64,000 bases of DNA from Tricharina praecox (GCF_024521635.1 NW_026250411.1:310001-374000), one strand, 5' to 3'. Counted from the stretch's first letter, positions 1 to 10,744 are shown. Notes: generated from the letters alone by a model not told the origin. Made by a program: numbers and translations.

Positions 1-620
1 TTGCCTATGTGGTCTTTTTGATCGCTCATCCGCAGTGGATCTGTTATCCCCTGATGAGGAAGGCGGAAGATAGGTATGTTGCCGCAGCGCCGTGACTTGG
101 GGGGTTGTGGTGGGATGTGTGCTGAAAGATATCACTCGTGCAGGCGTGTGGCGGCTCGCTGGTTGTGGCCATCCCGGAGGGATAACCTGGACTTGCAACC
201 GCCTAGGAGGGTTTACCAAAAGTCAGAGTAAGTGCTACGGTGGGGGATGCACGTACCCGTAGGCTGGTCGGTATGGGTTTGGTGTTGCTTGAAAGGATGG
301 TTCTACTTCCCTATGCGATCTCATCCGATTGTGATGCGAGAATGGGAAAACTTACTCATGATGCATCATTTTCGCCGCGAGTTTATGAAAGTGGATTCCT
401 TTTGTGTCCCGATACTGAGTATGATCTTAAGATAGTTTGTAGTCAAGTGCTTACATTTTGCAAGTAGAGATCGCGGGGTCAAAATCTAATCACAAGATTG
501 CACTCGTGCTAACCGTAAATGACGCGAACTCCGTTAGTTTCACTCCTCTCCTCTGTCCCCACCGCCACAAACGTCTCCACTACCACCAAAACATCTTCCC
601 CCCGACGCACGACAGCAATC

Positions 621-1843
621 ATGGACGGCTCCTCCCCCGTCACCTCCACAGACGCTCGCCGCTACAGCGATAAGCGGGACTATAGTAAATACCGCCGCAG
701 CGTTCCGGACCATTCAAATGATTTCCCGCCCGCGCTCATGTCTTCTTCGCCCCAAGAGGAGAAGCCCAACCCATTCACCGAAGCTGAGGGAGACTCCGCT
801 ATCAAGCCAGTTGCCTCGCCGCCGTCCCCCGGAGCATCCGGAGCTCATCAGTCGCAGGGAGCATCCGGAGCTCGTCAGTCGCAGGATTACTTCGATTCCA
901 AGGCCCGCAGGGCTTCAAATGTCACGGATACCTTCATCCGCACCGTGGAGCAGCTGAAATCGAGTGGTACCATGTATCCGACGATCCTCTCGAGCCCGGA
1001 AACCCTATCGGTTCATGTTCTGGACAAGGCCGCCCCGGTACTCTACATCCACACCGCGATGTACCACCTATTTGAATTCAAGATGCCGATCGTGGACGAC
1101 ACGATCACCTTTCCGACCATCAGCATTGATGCCACCTCGATGGTGCTCCGCTACTGCTACAACAATGCGAAGCTCGCTAGTCAAGATCTGGAGGGCCTCC
1201 CGATCGGCACCGTCACGGAGCTTTACCTTCTCGCTAGCCGTCTCAAGCTCACCCAGTTTGCGTATTGTGCCCTCAATGTGCTTGAGGCAAAGCTCGACGA
1301 TGCCGATATCGCGGAGCTCTGTGAGTACACTGTCGCCAAGATCCGTCTCGACTTAGAGGAAATCCCGGACTTCTGGGCCGATATGATTCCCGCGCCCATT
1401 GAGGTTTGGATGGACAACTGTAAGTGCTATAATTCAAGCTACCTATCCGTCATCGTCGAATGCATGCTGATTCGAGTATAGACCCCCTGCTGTGTGAAGC
1501 TTTCAAGATTGCCAAGATCAATTCACCGATTTTGCGCATCATGGAGACGTACCCCGGCTTCGCCCTCGGACTTATTAACGGCGTTCACGAGAAGAAGAGG
1601 CAAGACAAGGAGGAGGCTATGGAGGCTGCTGCTGCGAGGTTAGAGGCAAAGGCCAAGGAGGATGCCCAGAAGGCCGCCCAGAAGGCCGCCGAGAAGGCCG
1701 CCGAGAAGGCCGCCGAGAAGGCCGCTGTGAAGACTCCCCGGACTGGAAACGGCAAGGCCCCCGGTCGCAACACCGTAAAGACCGAAGCCTCGGGTGCCGA
1801 CAAGCAGGCAGGTAAAAAAAGGAGGTTGGCCCAGAACAAATGA
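621..1843 (+). CDS. BTB/POZ-like domain protein, about 386 aa; exons 621-1419 and 1482-1843
   Basis: Intron 1420-1481 (GTAAGT...GCTGAT...TAG) joins ORF 519-1481 to ORF 1460-1843 in frame (T+AC = Tyr). The segment LYIHTAMYHLF...ITFPTISIDATSMVLRYCY...TELYLLASRLKL resembles a BTB fold. The C-terminus has AAEK repeats and a KKRR basic signal. ATG 519 probably lies inside a 5'UTR intron (GCTAAC 508, TAG 537), so ATG 621 is preferred. Confidence 0.65.
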
Positions 1844-2204
1844 GCCTTCTTGTGATAGGGGACTTACCCAGTTTCAATGGGCTTTCTTGTGATATGGTGG
1901 AGTTTGATCGGTACCTTTTGTCTGCTTCAAGTGATTGATACTTGGGGGTTTCGGGACTTCTTTCTTTATTCTTTCTTTCTTTTTTTCTACATGTACTACC
2001 GTATCTTCTGGTTTGAGGTTCAATACAGACAATTTTTCCCAATGTAAAATATAACCAATACAGCGAGCGACGGCCGGAGTCGTAGAGTCCTCCTCCTTTC
2101 CGGCGCCGAGCTGCTCCAGGAGTTGTCCGCGAAAGTGTATCACGGAAATATCACTCGATTCACATCAAATTGTACCGAGTGACCGTGAGCAAAGCCTGGT
2201 AGAC

Positions 2205-2307
2205 GAAAGTTGAGCGGGTCAATGGACACGGAAATGGAGTGTGTGTATATTACCATGATCTAGGTAGCTAGGTCAGTTGCAATCAATGATAAAACAAAAT
2301 AAAACAA
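2205..2307 (+). mobile_element. 3' tail of a non-LTR retroelement (5'-truncated LINE or SINE-like), copy 1
   Basis: GAAAGTTGAG...GGAAATGGAGTGTGTGTATATTACCATGATCTAGGTAGCTAGGTC...AATCAATGATAAAACAAAATAAAACAA matches the copies at about 4.5, 13.0 and 31.2 kb and ends in an A-rich tail. Confidence 0.65.
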
Positions 2308-3017
2308 TGCCTGGCAAGAAGCCATCTCCAGCCCGTAACGGACAGCATATAAAAACCAGACGTTATCAAAAATGCGTATGATAGATCCAACACGGCGGCA
2401 TCGCCAAAACCACCACAACACCCACGAAATTAAAAGAAACCACACAACGTAATACCTAGAAACCACCCGGGGTGAGTTATGACTCGTGACAGGGACATCC
2501 GGCCGTGCCCCGCCGTAGCAGCCACGGTATGATACCTATCGGTATATGCAGCGCGAGGCGGGCGGCGCCTCGTTCTTGGGTGTGGGATGTGACATGTCGG
2601 GACGTAATATGATGGTATCGTGGGTGGTTTGCGGTTCCTGTACGTAAGAGGATCCGTGATGATGTGAGGAGACGGTCGGTCGGTTCGATGTTGCTATTAT
2701 CATAGACCGTTTTCGGCCTCGGGGCCTGAAAGGATGTGCGGATCCGATCCCAACGGCCATCAAAACCCATCTCGGTTCAGTGAGATGTGCCGAAGACGGC
2801 CATTGACCGAGACATTGAATGCGTAGTAACTTTGATCCACCTTCGCAGTCAGTTATTTCGTCGAGAACGTTCCGTGTAGCTATAGTGGACTTACATAAAA
2901 AGATCTCAGCAAGGAAAAAAACACTTATAAAACTCCAAACCTCCAAAACTCCAAAAAGTGCTCCGCCGAAACGCCCAGAGCCAAACCCAGGAGCGCGCAG
3001 CACAATCCGGTCGGTAC

Positions 3018-3731
3018 CTACCTGGCCACCGCACCCGGAACAAAAGGCTTAGCCGTGGGATTCAGCTTGAACGCAGAGCTCGGTGGCGACGGTGCATCCT
3101 CTTTCGCCCCCAGCTTTAACTCCGCGGTCCTTGCCGGAACCACCCTGGGGAACCCAAACAGATCGACACCCTCCGTTAACATGCGCTCTTCCTCCTTAAC
3201 TGCAATCTTCAGCTTCGCCTCCAGTATGTCCATGTCGAGGGTAAACAGTCTCGACTCGAGCCACTGAGATTGATCCAGCGCAGCGAGGGGGGTATCGGGG
3301 TTCCGATCGGCGGTGGTGATCCAGCTGTCATGCTCTGTAGTCCACAGCCTATTTCTGGGCTTCTCGTACTGGTTGCTATCCACAACGGCGATGCATCCGC
3401 GAAGATCGTGCACCTTCACCAGCGGGCCATCGTCGGGCTCGGCAAATATCTCACCGTCGCGCAGGATGTAGCGGGCGAATGGCCCGCGCGCGGGCGAGCG
3501 AGTAGTAGCTTTGGCCGTTTCTAGGTTGTCGCGCACGCCAGGCTGGAAGGACGGCGAGATCTCGTGAAGAGCTGTGCGGATGTATGATAGCTTTTGCTCT
3601 TCTTGCGCCCAGTATTGCGTGCTGGTTAGAGAGCCGTCGGGTACGCTGTCGGCGAGTAATTCGATGTGTTGCGCTTTTCGGCGGTCGTCCGAAAGGTCCA
3701 TAGGGGCTTCGATATTTGTGGTGGGAAGCAT
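3018..3731 (-). CDS. Hypothetical protein, 237 aa, with a C-terminal PAM2-like (PABP-interacting) motif
   Basis: Intronless ATG ORF ending in FKLNPTAKPFVPG, which fits the PAM2 consensus LNxxAxxFxP. Confidence 0.6.
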   Translation of the reverse strand: MLPTTNIEAPMDLSDDRRKAQHIELLADSVPDGSLTSTQYWAQEEQKLSYIRTALHEISPSFQPGVRDNLETAKATTRSPARGPFARYILRDGEIFAEPDDGPLVKVHDLRGCIAVVDSNQYEKPRNRLWTTEHDSWITTADRNPDTPLAALDQSQWLESRLFTLDMDILEAKLKIAVKEEERMLTEGVDLFGFPRVVPARTAELKLGAKEDAPSPPSSAFKLNPTAKPFVPGAVAR

Positions 3732-4449
3732 AGAGTTGGATTTACTGGATGGTATGTTAGTGACTGATAGAGAAAAGAGTGGAGGAGATGACCCACCGAG
3801 TGTAAGTTATAAAGATATGTTGTAAAGATATGTTGTAAAGATATTGTGGTTTATCGAAGAGATGGTTGCGAGTAGTCGAGGAAGAATAACGGAACCGATG
3901 AATGGAGTATAAGAAGAGGAAAAGATCACAGGTGGACACACCAATTCACTGAATATTCCAAGCGTGGCACTTGAATATCGAGGTAAGTAGAAACCATTTC
4001 GAGCTGAGTCTTAGTATTCCATCCTCTCGAGTCTAAAATTCTCACTCAGCATTAGCTGGCTATTCACGTTGAGGGTGTAATTTCCGCATCACACCTTCTC
4101 ACTCTGTGTTCTGTCGGCCCTAAGCTGAGCGGCTCATGGATAAGACTTTGTAGCCCCAGACCGCCTACTGAAGGCAAGGGAAACACCGTTAAGCCATCGA
4201 TTCCAGCCGCCGAGCCGCGCCGCATTAATTTCTCCCGCAGGTTCTCCTGCAGGTTCTCTCGCAGGCTCAGACCTCGCCATGGCTGCCGCTGCTTGTCGAG
4301 ACTCGAGGCGGATAGGATTGAATATGCTTCCGATCCACCATCCACCGCCCGACTCGAGCCCCGACGGGGCCCCTCAAGCGACCCTGTGTGGCTCATCATG
4401 CCCTACGCCCTCCGTCCTCCGCCCTCCGCCGTGACAAGAAGACAACGTC

Positions 4450-4545
4450 CTTTTTTTTGTTCATTCATTGATTGCGTGCGACCTATCTAGATCATGGCAA
4501 TATCTACCCGTTCGCCCCTCTGTTTCCCCGCCACTGTCCAACAAG
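4450..4545 (-). mobile_element. 3' tail of a non-LTR retroelement, copy 2
   Basis: The + strand reads TTTTTTTTGTTCATTCATTGATTGCGTGCGACCTATCTAGATCATGGCAATAT...CTGTTTCCCCGCCACTGTCCAAC, which aligns with the copy at 31215-31330. Confidence 0.6.
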
Positions 4546-5560
4546 AAGACAACGTTTCCGGGAGCTCATGTTGTTACGGCGGCCATGTACGAGTGACACC
4601 TGAAGGCCGAAGTTCTACCCCGCCACGCTACGTCTGTTGGAAGCACACTCTCCTCCTATTCAGGTCGGCCCGCCGAGGCCTTTTCTGGCAAGAAAACCTT
4701 TGGACTGGCAATACCTACCAGGTATGGCCATGTACTAAATCCAGAAGCCTCATATGTAGGCCGTATATAAGCTGAGGAAATTATTTAGGCCTTCTATAAG
4801 CCACTCATAAGCACGTGCAACCCATCAGGTTTTCGTAAGAGTTATGTCAAAATAAGGCTAATGTTCTCATAGCCCTAGAATTTTCGTAACTCCTACATAA
4901 ATTAAGTAATAGTCATCGCCATGTGAAGTGCATCACCAAGTGATAAGTATTATATGAGACTTGTATGGTGCCTGCGGTTTTGTGGGCCCATGTTTTTGCG
5001 GTGCCTACCTATTTCAAGCCAGCTAGCAGCCGGCAGCAGACATGAAACTCATGGTTTGGAAAAGTCACAGGTTATGTACCTCCCCCCATCATTTTAGATT
5101 CCTGGACCGATGTTGGTGTGAAGTTCTTTTACAAGATGAAGCACCGAGTTTTGTATGGAAATAATCCTCGTGTACATTACTCTAAACCCCCACGTGATAG
5201 CAACTGATTTTCACTCTAAAAAGTGTAATGGTCACGACTCACATGTACTCGGTTGGAATATGAACTTAAAAGTTCGGAGAACTTTTCGGACCCGGAACTC
5301 AGCTGTTCAACTACCGTCCGAGATACGGGCCGCCATCCAGAATCAACCAGTCGATAGCCTGTCCCAGGATATGTATAGTCAACCACCTGCAGTGATTGAC
5401 TCTCATATTTGAAAGGAACGGGTGTACCTATACTAGTAATCGCCGAGTAGTGAAGTTGCATGTTCGAGAGTTGTCAGGTGATCGTTTTTTGTTCTTTTTG
5501 GTGGGGTCGGCTGTTGCCATGTAAACTTTTCGGGTGAAGGGCTAAAAACTACTGTGCCTT

Positions 5561-5770
5561 TCTAGACCGCAGGCTTTTTGCGTGTCGGCCTGAGGCGGAT
5601 GAGCAGGGGAAGTGGGGCGCCGCATCGGACTGGCCGGCACCGGGGCTTTCACCTCCACTGGCCAGGGCGGGCAGGAAAAGGAGTTCGTTGGTTCGCAATA
5701 GTCTAGATAGGCTGCATGCGAAATAAAACAGGAAGATCTCTCTCTCTCTCTCTCTCTCTAGACCGCAGGC
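5561..5770 (+). mobile_element. 182-bp retroposed insertion (5575-5756) flanked by a 14-bp target-site duplication
   Basis: TCTAGACCGCAGGC occurs at 5561-5574 and 5757-5770. The insert ends GCAATAGTCTAGATAGGCTGCATGCGAAATAAAAC plus a (CT)n tail, related to the TCTAGATAGGTCGCA core of the other tails. Confidence 0.65.
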
Positions 5771-5862
5771 ACCATAACACTGGTATGTACCTAGGTCCTT
5801 CTTCACAAGCTCGCACTCGCCAAATCACATCCTCCCGCCCGCATCCGTTGTTATACATAATG

Positions 5863-6225
5863 TTCGGCAAACGCCTATAGTTAACGCTATAGTTTTTGAC
5901 ACTGTAGTCTAACATGCCATAGTTTTGTTCGTCGTTTCAACCCCACCACCACTTAAACCAACCACCACTCAAACCAACCATTACTCAAACCCACCACACC
6001 ACCCACCACGCAACCCGACTGTAGTGAGCAATGGAAGAGCTCCTGGCGAGAGGAGAAAGTTAAAGAGCATTCCTGTCGGCCTGGGTTGGTTTAGGTGGTG
6101 ATGGTGGGGTTGAAACGTGGAACAAAACCTATGCATAGCATTTTAGACTTTTTTTTCTTCCAAACTATGGCATGCATATTAGACTACAGTGCCAAAAACC
6201 ATGGCATCATAGACGTTTGCCGTAT
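5863..6225. mobile_element. MITE/foldback-like element with long imperfect inverted repeats
   Basis: Left arm ~5865-5963 (CGGCAAACG...ACTGTAGTCTAACATGCCATAGTTTTGTTC...TTTCAACCCCACCA...AAACCAACC) is the reverse complement of right arm ~6084-6222 (GGTTGGTTT...TGGTGGGGTTGAAAC...AAACTATGGCATG...TTAGACTACAGT...CGTTTGCCG). No coding capacity. Confidence 0.6.
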
Positions 6226-6497
6226 AATTTTAGATCCACCGTTTGTCTCAACTGATGACTCGGAGTATGTACCACGAACATTCAACGCAAAGCTTCAAGC
6301 CCACAATACCTTTATATTTAAATTTCCTGTATGTCCATAGGATGTATAAAGCCCCTCCTCCCGTACGGAAATCCGCCAGTGTGGACGATCCAGTTGAGTC
6401 TCTGGTGGTTATAGCACATGATCTCCTGCACCCCGAGTATCATACCATACCATCATCTTGAACACCGCCGCAGCATCTCGAAGGTCCAGATTCCAGA

Positions 6498-7358
6498 ATG
6501 GTTATGATGGACACTTCAGGACCATCATGGTCGACACTCTTATCAAACCCAGCCTCACCGCCTCCATCCTCCCCATTCATGTATCGTCTTGGTTCTTCGA
6601 CACTCTCCGCACAAATCGCACAGATGTCTATCGAAGACTGGAAAGCCGAAGTGAGAACCGCAGCGCCAGCACCAATATTTGCTCACACGTCCCTGCAAGT
6701 CTGGGACAAGAGGGGGGGGTTTAGGTATTCGAAAGGTCTTGCTGCCAGCCATTTCTATTCCTGTATGTCTGCTGATTATCGAATAGCATGCGCGGAGTTT
6801 CTCGTGGCCTCGCTCCCAGTGCCGCTGGTATGTCACATCGACGTAGCCGACGTCGCCTGTGTGCTATCCTCGCTGCCACAATTGACACTCGCCGCGGCCT
6901 CGCTGGCCGGGCTAATCCTGCAGCGAGTGCCTCCCGCCACGATCGGGAAATATCCGCGTTCGTGGATCCGTGCATGGAAGCGTAAGTGGCCACTTTTTTC
7001 CGCCGAGAGGAATATTGCGTTCGCGATGGTGCTGGCAGCGCTGTCGCTGGCCATAGCATGGGAGGAAGATGACCTGCCGGATCTTAACAGCCGTAGATTC
7101 GGCGTGGGAAAGCGCGTGCTGGCATTCACGGAGATCACCCTGCTCCAGTGCGTCGACTGGAATCTGATGCGACTTTGGCGCGGCAGCGACATGGGCGCGG
7201 CGAAAGCGGAGATCGCGAGATTGGAGAAGGCGTGCAAGCGGAAGGAGTTTGCGGCTGCTGCTGGGACCGCTGCTTGTGCCGATGCCATGGTATTCTCACA
7301 AGAGGAGGTGGAGATGTCGCTTGGGGTCGAACTGATGAGGATTGTCCGTGGCAACTGA
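6498..7358 (+). CDS. Divergent cyclin-fold protein (Pho80/Pcl/Clg1-like), 286 aa
   Basis: Intronless ORF. VLAALSLAIAWEEDD...LAFTEITLLQCVDWNL resembles cyclin-box helices 3-5 (ALxLAxKxxDD...ExxxLxxIDWxL). Confidence 0.55.
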   Translation: MVMMDTSGPSWSTLLSNPASPPPSSPFMYRLGSSTLSAQIAQMSIEDWKAEVRTAAPAPIFAHTSLQVWDKRGGFRYSKGLAASHFYSCMSADYRIACAEFLVASLPVPLVCHIDVADVACVLSSLPQLTLAAASLAGLILQRVPPATIGKYPRSWIRAWKRKWPLFSAERNIAFAMVLAALSLAIAWEEDDLPDLNSRRFGVGKRVLAFTEITLLQCVDWNLMRLWRGSDMGAAKAEIARLEKACKRKEFAAAAGTAACADAMVFSQEEVEMSLGVELMRIVRGN

Positions 7359-7779
7359 TCATCAGCATACGGTACTTGGCACCACTAGGTCGGGATTGAG
7401 GCTATACGGTACCGGCAATGGACTGGTCGTATCTCATACATAAAACAGAAAACTCCGAGTGATACGAAACGACGAGCACGTGCGCTGCACTGGGATGAAC
7501 GGAAGATGGTTAGTTACCGACTGGTCGGTGATCCACATGTCAGTCACGATTCCCTAATAATCTACATCCGTTATTCCCGGGAACGCAGATCTGCCAAGAC
7601 CTTGTCAGAACTGTCGGCGAGTGACGATATTATGATGTCATAGGGTATCTCCTCCATAAAACATAAACATTACGCACCGTGCACTGAATTCGTCAGACAA
7701 TCGAACTTTCGTCAGACAAAAACGCTTCACTTTCACATCAATCATACCCAGGCACTCCAGTACCTCCACATCCATCGAA

Positions 7780-8450
7780 ATGTCTACCACTCCTACCGCC
7801 AACACTCTGCTTCCACCGGCTGTTCGCGTTGCGAAGCTGCTCGGTGTCGTCGGGTCCGCTTATGCTGCCGGTAGAATCCTCTCCTTCGTGCGAGACGAAA
7901 TTCTGACTGACAATTAAATGCAGGTGCTTACCTCACGATAAGCGCACACACGCTGCCATCTCTCTCCACGTCTTCGGCACGAGACCTGGCATTGACCCTG
8001 TCAACGCTCCGTGAACGTCTCTCCAAGCCCCTGCTCTTCGTCACTTCCGCTTCATCGAGTGCGTTCGCGTTCATCGCCTACTACCTCTACTCAACACCCT
8101 CCCTCACCATCCCGGTGACATCAGTCCAGTTCCACGCCGACTCATTCCTTCCCCACGCTGATCTGACGGCGGTGGTGGTCGGCGGAGGGTGGGAGGTGTA
8201 TGCGGTTGCAGCAGGAGTGTTGGCAGCCGTGGTGCCTTGGCAGATGTTGGGCGTGAACCAGGTTGAGAAGAGGATTGCGGCTGCGGGTGAGGGTGTTGCT
8301 GCGGCGGAGGACAAGGGGCTGCAGACGGAAGTGGTGGATGCAGAGAGCATGAATGCTGAGAGTCAGAAGTGGGCTAGAGGGTGGGGCGTCAATGGGCTAC
8401 TCGCCGCTGCTGGTGCGGTGGTTGGAGCGTACGCAGGTGCTTGGTTGTAG
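7780..8450 (+). CDS. DUF1772/anthrone-oxygenase-like membrane protein, about 205 aa; exons 7780-7870 and 7924-8450
   Basis: ATG 7780 and intron 7871-7923 (GTAGAA...ACTGAC...CAG) splice in frame to ORF 7992-8450. There are four hydrophobic segments, a VVPWQMLGVNQVE segment and a terminal KW...LLAAAGAVVG, as in this family. Confidence 0.6.
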
Positions 8451-8941
8451 AAGGTGTGTGCGCCTGCTTAGTGTTTGACCATGCGAGGGTGGTGAGCGAA
8501 ATGTTTTTTTCTTTTTTGTGCAGATGGACGGGATCAATGAATGAAAGACTCAATAAGAAATTGCCCGGTGTGGATCTCCCCAGTCAACGACGATCAGTGA
8601 CCAGAGTATGCAGTGGCTTGGGGTGCAAAGGAAGCAGACCACGTGTGCTTCCTTCACGGACTGGAAGGCAAGCATGAATGTTCCGAGGAAACCGGAGGGC
8701 GACGAGCTTTTGATCCGCCATTTGTTGGCTGGCCCACACGATTGTGCGTTCCTGGCTGCGTCGGCCGAATCGGCCACATGAGACGTCGGCCAGATGCTGC
8801 GGCTTCATACGATTTGAACGTAGCGGGTCTCTCTAAACGTCGATGCATTGCAGGAATGCACAGTCCACGGCGCTTGATGGTGGTTTGCTTCACAGATCCA
8901 CCGCCTTCATGTCTAGGCGAACACGATCTGAGCCCAACAAG

Positions 8942-9070
8942 GCCATGGCCGGGTGGGCAAAACAACCAGCTCATGCCTGCCCTTGCCATGGCCGAGTAAA
9001 CAAAACAACCGGCTCATACCTCCCCTCGCCATGGCCGAGTAAACAAAACAACCCGCTCATGTCCACCCTC
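8942..9070 (+). repeat. Three tandem 43-bp units in the promoter of the secreted peptide gene
   Basis: Units start GCCATGGCCG at 8942, 8985 and 9028 and share CAAAACAACCnGCTCAT. Units 2 and 3 contain GTAAACAA. Confidence 0.9.
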
Positions 9071-9150
9071 GCCAGCAGGTTCCCTCCCCCCCTCCTCATC
9101 CTCCTCCTCCTCCTCCTTCTGCACGAGCGGCCAATATTGGCCGCCCTTCC

Positions 9151-9159
9151 ATATATAAA
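9151..9159 (+). promoter_or_regulatory. Putative TATA box
   Basis: ATATATAAA followed by a pyrimidine-rich tract, about 190 bp upstream of ATG 9342. Confidence 0.5.
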
Positions 9160-9341
9160 CCCCTCCCTCCCCTTCCCCTTCATCCGCCATATTCGCTCTC
9201 ATCCTCTCGTCCTGCACCCTACGTTTCTCTTTGTCTCTGAATCAAGTCCCGCTACTTCAACTTGCATCACCGCTGCCGGCCCAGTGCTGATACTATCGTC
9301 CTCGTTTGAACTTTCCTCTCTTCTCTCATCAATCAGTCCCG

Positions 9342-10131
9342 ATGCCTTCCTTCTCTTCTGTTCTTTCGGCTCTGCTGGTCGCCATCTCGGTCTGGACCAC
9401 CTGCGTTCGGGGTGGTAAGTCATCCTTCCCTTCCCCTTCCTCCCCATCTTGATGGATCGTGCTAACTCTATCCTTCAAAGCCTCAACGGATTTCCCCCAA
9501 GACCGTCTCCGACCTTGCCCCGACGACTGGTCTCCAGCTGACTGGAACCGCTACCAAGACTCGATGATTAACACCTTTAAGGGCTGCATGCCTCGGTGCT
9601 GTGGCAACAAAAACTGCTGGACCAACCCCGCAGGATTGAAGGAGTGCCAGGATCACTGTATTCAGATGGGTAAGCACAGATTTCTTCTCCAATTTCCCGG
9701 AACAACTCTAAATTATCTCTTCTAGGTTCCAATAACTATAATGCGAGAAATCCCAAGACTGGAAAAATGGCTCCCCCTCCTGCTCTGATTCGTCGAGGTT
9801 TGTCATGTCTTCTGCTCTCCCCCTCGTTGATACTTCTACTAACCTATGTCTGTAGGCATGTATGACTTCCCGCCGAATCTCCTCGGCCCCTGCCCCGTGG
9901 CACCAGCCGACTGCCAGCGCTACGAGGACACGGTGAAGGCGGGCTACAAGAAGTGCATGCCCTATTGCTGTGGCTTCTCCAGCTGTCACATCTACCCCCC
10001 GGCAATCAAGAAGTGCCAGGATAACTGCCTTGATATGGGTGAGCACTTTAACCACTAACTCTTGTCTCTCAAAATATAACTAATATTGACTGTTTCTAGG
10101 CAAGCGCGCGTGGGCAACAGGGAATCTTTAG
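9342..10131 (+). CDS. Secreted Cys-rich precursor, 182 aa, with two homologous domains and dibasic sites; exons 9342-9414, 9481-9669, 9726-9797, 9856-10038, 10100-10131
   Basis: Four phase-1 GT-AG introns of 56-66 nt give an open frame: signal peptide MPSFSSVLSALLVAISVWTTCVRG, domain 1, linker ending LIRR, domain 2, then GKRAWATGNL-stop. The branch point of intron 2 is weak. Confidence 0.8.
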
Positions 10132-10744
10132 GACGTCGATTGCAAGGCAGTCCGTTCGAAAAATGATGCGACGGTTATCAATTCCGACAGACGGATGATG
10201 ATGGCGTTAGCATTGGTATTCCTGCTTATGTGATTGTTGTCTTCTAGCTCATGTGATGAACGAGTCTGTATGATATCGCTACTTGGAAGGGGAAGAGCAT
10301 CGGTGTGTTTCTGGAGAGAAAGATTGATTAGCGAAGGAGGGAACTGCGGGTCAGAGGTGTGTAGTGTTTGTATGGTCTACCTGTTCGAGTGACATTCACC
10401 TTGTTGGAGTGAGTAGATTCAGCTGAATTGATTCAATTGCTTCAAATGGCTCGATTGACGTGACTGGAGTTTGATTTGGCTTGACTTGCACATGACATTG
10501 CTCTTGAATCGTGACAACTCTGTTCGACATTACTGTACTCACCCACTATCTTCTGAGGTCTGAAGGTTATCCATCATGAGCAAAAAATCACAGCACGAAA
10601 GGGGTAGTTCATGCATGCAGCGACTCCATGGCCAATATCAATAAACACGATAAACTACAAAACTTTTCCCTATCCCAAAACACAATCCAAGCACACCCAA
10701 ACGCCAAAGTGCCCAGTCCCATATCCACCCCTCGTATCGTCACA

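Noticed and set aside
50..75. CTGATGA hammerhead-like core
   Set aside because: No stem II followed by GAAA and no flanking stems.
350..425. Possible C/D box snoRNA in the putative 5'UTR intron
   Set aside because: Box C is non-canonical (ATGATGC) and I could not recognise an rRNA-complementary guide.
8942..9070. Possible CRISPR-like array
   Set aside because: Units are contiguous tandem copies without unique spacers, in a eukaryotic context.
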